Below, piece by piece: positions 60,742 to 64,000 of a stretch of DNA of 64,000 bases (positions are counted from its first letter, which is position 1; every line of letters starts with the position of its first letter). The notes under the pieces were generated by a model that was given only the letters and a program-made list of their open reading frames with translations, did not search any database and was not told the DNA's origin. The DNA comes from Sphingomonadaceae bacterium. Lineage in GTDB: Bacteria; Chloroflexota; UBA6077. The stretch spans positions 65,345-129,344 of the forward strand of contig JBLNDL010000011.1 in NCBI GenBank assembly GCA_050261575.1. Direction: 5' to 3'. Position numbers and translations under genes: made by a program.

Positions 60742-63700
60742 TTATACCACGGCGCGAGGAGATGGCCGGCGCCGAAGCGCACGGCCAGCCAGCACTAGCA
60801 GGGTGCCAGAGGCGACGGCGAGGCTGACCAGGGTGATGTAGAGCCCCACCTGGAATGACACCGGGGCGTAGCGGAACACCACCCTGTGCTCTCCGGCGCC
60901 CACCTGCACCGCCCGGAAGAAGTAGTTGGCACGCTCGATGGGAACCTCGACGCCATCCACCTCCGCCTTCCATCCCGGATAGTAGGGATCCAGCAGCACC
61001 AGGTAGCCGGACTCGTCGGTCTTCACGTCGACCACGACTTCGCTCGGCTCGTGGCTGATCAGTCGGGCTTCCCCCCTGTTCCCAGCCGGAGGCAACGGCC
61101 GGTAGACGGATCTTGACGTGGGAGAGGCGGCCAGTACGACCACGCTGTCCAGGGGAAGCTCGGAGCGGCCGAGCACCTCCAGAGCTCGATCGTCGTCCCG
61201 CACCAGGCTGTTGTGCACCAAGAACGCCCTGGGCAACGGATCGCGGACGGTGTACAGCTTCATGTCGAAGAAGAGCTGTCGCTCCATCCGGTCCGACAGC
61301 ACGAGCGGCACGCTGATCCCAGCCCGATCGTCGATGAGGGTGATGGCGCGCACGCGGACCTTCGCCCCGCTGAGGAGGTTTGTCATGGAGATCTCCTTCA
61401 GTTTGAGGGGCGCCGGCAAGTTGATCCTGGCGTAGTACTCGGTGGGCTTCTCCTTAGGGTTCCAGGACTCCACCAGCGTCGGCTTCCGGTGCGCGGGCGG
61501 CGGGTTCACTTCGTCCCGCTCCGGGGTCTCGCCCGTCTCCATCCCCATGCGTACCGGCAGGGACAGGGTCACACCCGAGCCGTCCGCCAGCATCAGACTC
61601 GCCGCGGGAACGCCGTCCGCCTGCTCCCTCGCCCCCTCGGTGCTGGTGATCAGACCGATGGAGGTGACGGTCAGGTCGGGCATGCGCCGCAGCCGCTCGG
61701 TCTGGCCGGGATCGAGGACGATGCTGATGCCGCGATCGTAGTACACGCCGTCGATACGGGTATCCTGCAGCTTCGTGCCCAGCACGTAGCGCACGTTGAG
61801 CAGGTCGAGCAGCCGCATCGGCGGCACGTACGCCAGGTTGGGTCGCAACTGGTTGTCCGCTGGGATCCCAGGGACCGGCATCAGCAGGTCCTTGAGCGCT
61901 GCGTACCGCCGCAGCGGCAGGATGCCGCCATCGTAGCCGTCGACCGTCTCGATGCCGTACTCCATCGGGATGTTGGCGGCCAGCGTCTCGCTCAGCTTTA
62001 CGTTCACCATGAACTGAACGAGCGCGTCGGGGTGCAGCATGTCTCCGTACTGCTGCTTGTAGTCCGGCGTCTCCTTCACCTCGTAGCTGTCCGTCGCGAA
62101 GCTCAGCAGCCGGCCGGGCCCGTCTCGGGTCGCCGCGTCCTCCAGCAGGTAGCGGGTACTGGTGCGCTCCGGCCTGTATGCCTCGAAGGGGATCGGGTGT
62201 CGCACCGAACTCGTCTCGCCCGCCATCCACAACTCTCCTGCCACCACGGCTATCAGCAGCCCCAGCACCACCCAGCCGATCCGCCGTCCCCGCGTGGCGA
62301 GGGCGGCCAGCACCAGGGTGAGCGCAGCTAGGGCTCCCCAAACCTGCATCTGCTGCGGAGTGGGAGGCGGGTCGGCGAAACGATAGAACAGATAGAGCAT
62401 CGCGCCCGCCGCGGCGAGCACCAGTGCGGGCGCCATCAGCCTCAGCGTCACTGCCCTTCGCCCAAGAGACCGCCGCTCCGGCGGGCGCCTGCGACGGGAC
62501 CCCAGGTCGAGGAGTAGTTGAGCGCCGAGGCCGGCCATGCCGCACACTCCCAGGGTGTAGACCAGCAGCCAGCGCGCCGGAACGCGGAAGAGGTCCAGCC
62601 CCGGAACCCACTGGAAGAGGAAGGGGTAGAAGGGGTTGTACTTGCCCAGGGCCATGAACATCCCCAGGGCCACCAGCCCAGCCATGAAGACAGACACGGG
62701 GCGGGTCCACCACGCGACGAGGGCGAGGATGGCCAGCACCAACGGTACGACCCCGACGTGGCCCACGTACTCGCTGAAGAGCTGAGACGGGTAGGTGGGC
62801 AGGACGGTGAAGAGAGCGCTCGTGGGAGGCAGTGAGAAGGAGGCGGCGTCCCAGTAGGTCATTCCTCCGGCTCGGATGGACTCGCCCGACAGCTCCAGGG
62901 TGGGTATCACCTGCACCGCCGAGATCCCGACCTCGATCAGGCCAGCCACGACCAGGTAGGCGAGCGGTCGCACTCGGCCGGCAATGCCGGAGTCGCCACG
63001 TGCGGCACCGTGGCCATCGTCGCCGTCCCGTGCGAGTGGCCAGATCTTGTCACCCTGAACGGCCGCCACCTCGCCGCCGGCCTGAGCAAACGCGAGGGTA
63101 TCCTCGGTCCGCAACTCGCCGCGCAGCCCATCCCGCACCTCGCCGCTCGGCACGAGGGCCGTCTCCCCGAGCGGCGCTGCGCCTCCTCCAGACTCCGCGG
63201 CCTCCCCGCTGCCTCCTCGAACCGCGGCGGCCCCGCGCAAGGGCTTGCGCGGCACGATCGCTCGCCAAAGGGCGAGGAGGCCCAGGATAACGGTGCTGAA
63301 GTACCACTCCTGAGTGTGGCCGGCGAGCAACTGGAGGGTGCCCACCAACCCCGTCGCGATAGCCAGGGCAACACTGCGTCGACGCACCGCCTCGTCGAAC
63401 GTCACCAACAGCAGGGGCATCCACGCGGCCACCGTCAACTGGTTGATATGACCGACCTGGCCGGAGAGGAAGCCGCTGAACATGAAGGCGATGGACCCGA
63501 GTAGGGCCGGCAGCGCCGACACCTCCAGGGAGCGCCGAGCGAAGAGGTACATCGCGCCCCCGGCCAGCAGCACGTGGCCGACCACCGAGGCCGAATAGGC
63601 ATAGGGCGTGGGAAGCAGGAGGAACAGCAGGTTTCCGGGGTAGAGCACCGCTGTCTGGATGTTGGCGAAGAAGGGCGCCCCCAGGAAATAGTAGGGGTTC

Positions 63701-63879
63701 CAGAGCGGGAAATGGCCCTGCTTCAGGGCATCGGCAGCGTATTGCCGGAGGGGGTAGAAGTATACGAAGGCATCGTAATCTCCCAGGATCAGCCCCTGAA
63801 AGAGGATGCCTCTGTAGAATGTGGCCACGAGAACGGCAAGGGTGGCCGTCGCCGCGACGCCCGACCAGACTCTGCGCAC
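60742..63879 (-). CDS. YfhO-family large membrane protein (GT-C fold)
   Basis: D...YFYP, PLWNPY.FLGAPF.AN, LLAGHTQ, FRVPARW, GYDGG, C-terminal LVLLD.YYPGWKAEVDG...RAV.V.AG.H.V.FRY. Confidence 0.88.
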   Translation of the reverse strand: MRRVWSGVAATATLAVLVATFYRGILFQGLILGDYDAFVYFYPLRQYAADALKQGHFPLWNPYYFLGAPFFANIQTAVLYPGNLLFLLLPTPYAYSASVVGHVLLAGGAMYLFARRSLEVSALPALLGSIAFMFSGFLSGQVGHINQLTVAAWMPLLLVTFDEAVRRRSVALAIATGLVGTLQLLAGHTQEWYFSTVILGLLALWRAIVPRKPLRGAAAVRGGSGEAAESGGGAAPLGETALVPSGEVRDGLRGELRTEDTLAFAQAGGEVAAVQGDKIWPLARDGDDGHGAARGDSGIAGRVRPLAYLVVAGLIEVGISAVQVIPTLELSGESIRAGGMTYWDAASFSLPPTSALFTVLPTYPSQLFSEYVGHVGVVPLVLAILALVAWWTRPVSVFMAGLVALGMFMALGKYNPFYPFLFQWVPGLDLFRVPARWLLVYTLGVCGMAGLGAQLLLDLGSRRRRPPERRSLGRRAVTLRLMAPALVLAAAGAMLYLFYRFADPPPTPQQMQVWGALAALTLVLAALATRGRRIGWVVLGLLIAVVAGELWMAGETSSVRHPIPFEAYRPERTSTRYLLEDAATRDGPGRLLSFATDSYEVKETPDYKQQYGDMLHPDALVQFMVNVKLSETLAANIPMEYGIETVDGYDGGILPLRRYAALKDLLMPVPGIPADNQLRPNLAYVPPMRLLDLLNVRYVLGTKLQDTRIDGVYYDRGISIVLDPGQTERLRRMPDLTVTSIGLITSTEGAREQADGVPAASLMLADGSGVTLSLPVRMGMETGETPERDEVNPPPAHRKPTLVESWNPKEKPTEYYARINLPAPLKLKEISMTNLLSGAKVRVRAITLIDDRAGISVPLVLSDRMERQLFFDMKLYTVRDPLPRAFLVHNSLVRDDDRALEVLGRSELPLDSVVVLAASPTSRSVYRPLPPAGNRGEARLISHEPSEVVVDVKTDESGYLVLLDPYYPGWKAEVDGVEVPIERANYFFRAVQVGAGEHRVVFRYAPVSFQVGLYITLVSLAVASGTLLVLAGRALRRRPSPRAVV

Positions 63880-63888
63880 AGGGCTCTC

Positions 63889-64000
63889 CTACGGTAGAAA
63901 TCGGTAGCGCAGCAGGGTAAACAGCACCACGAAGCCATCCTTCCAGGTGATCTTCTTGCCTTCGTGATACTCCCGTCCGGCGTAGGAAATGGGCACCTCG
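63889..64000 (-). CDS. 3' end of a GT2 (polyprenol/dolichol-phosphate glycosyltransferase-like), truncated by the window edge
   Basis: EVPISYAGREYHEGKKITWKDGF...LLRYRF*. Confidence 0.85.
   Translation of the reverse strand, partial: EVPISYAGREYHEGKKITWKDGFVVLFTLLRYRFLP

Overview
High-GC bacterial chromosomal segment, most likely Chloroflexota (inferred from gene content and protein style, not verified). There is no CRISPR array, prophage, integrase or intact transposase. Housekeeping genes include mnmG, secDF, def, queA/tgt, ruvB, relA, tRNA-Arg(CCG), nfi, prfB with its programmed +1 frameshift, hisHAF, rplU-rpmA-rpmE and scpB. Between them is a dense set of envelope-glycan genes: (i) a mycobacterial-style phosphatidylinositol-mannoside operon, ino1 - acyltransferase - acyltransferase - pimA - pgsA; (ii) manC plus three GT-C-type membrane glycosyltransferases and a partial GT2; and (iii) a ~20 kb co-oriented minus-strand block, in which a heptose-nucleotide/glycosyltransferase cluster (hldE, HTH, gmhB, 2x GT9, 2x GT4, GT2, SDR, hddA) runs directly into a complete V/A-type ATPase operon and a universal stress protein. 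Reading the non-coding DNA also shows a 68-bp MITE-like element (2 full copies and 1 partial), REP-like and 7/8-mer repeats (some inside CDSs), a structured secD leader, several small ORFs, a gene remnant and probable leaderless mRNAs. All annotations come from motif recognition only; no searches were run.
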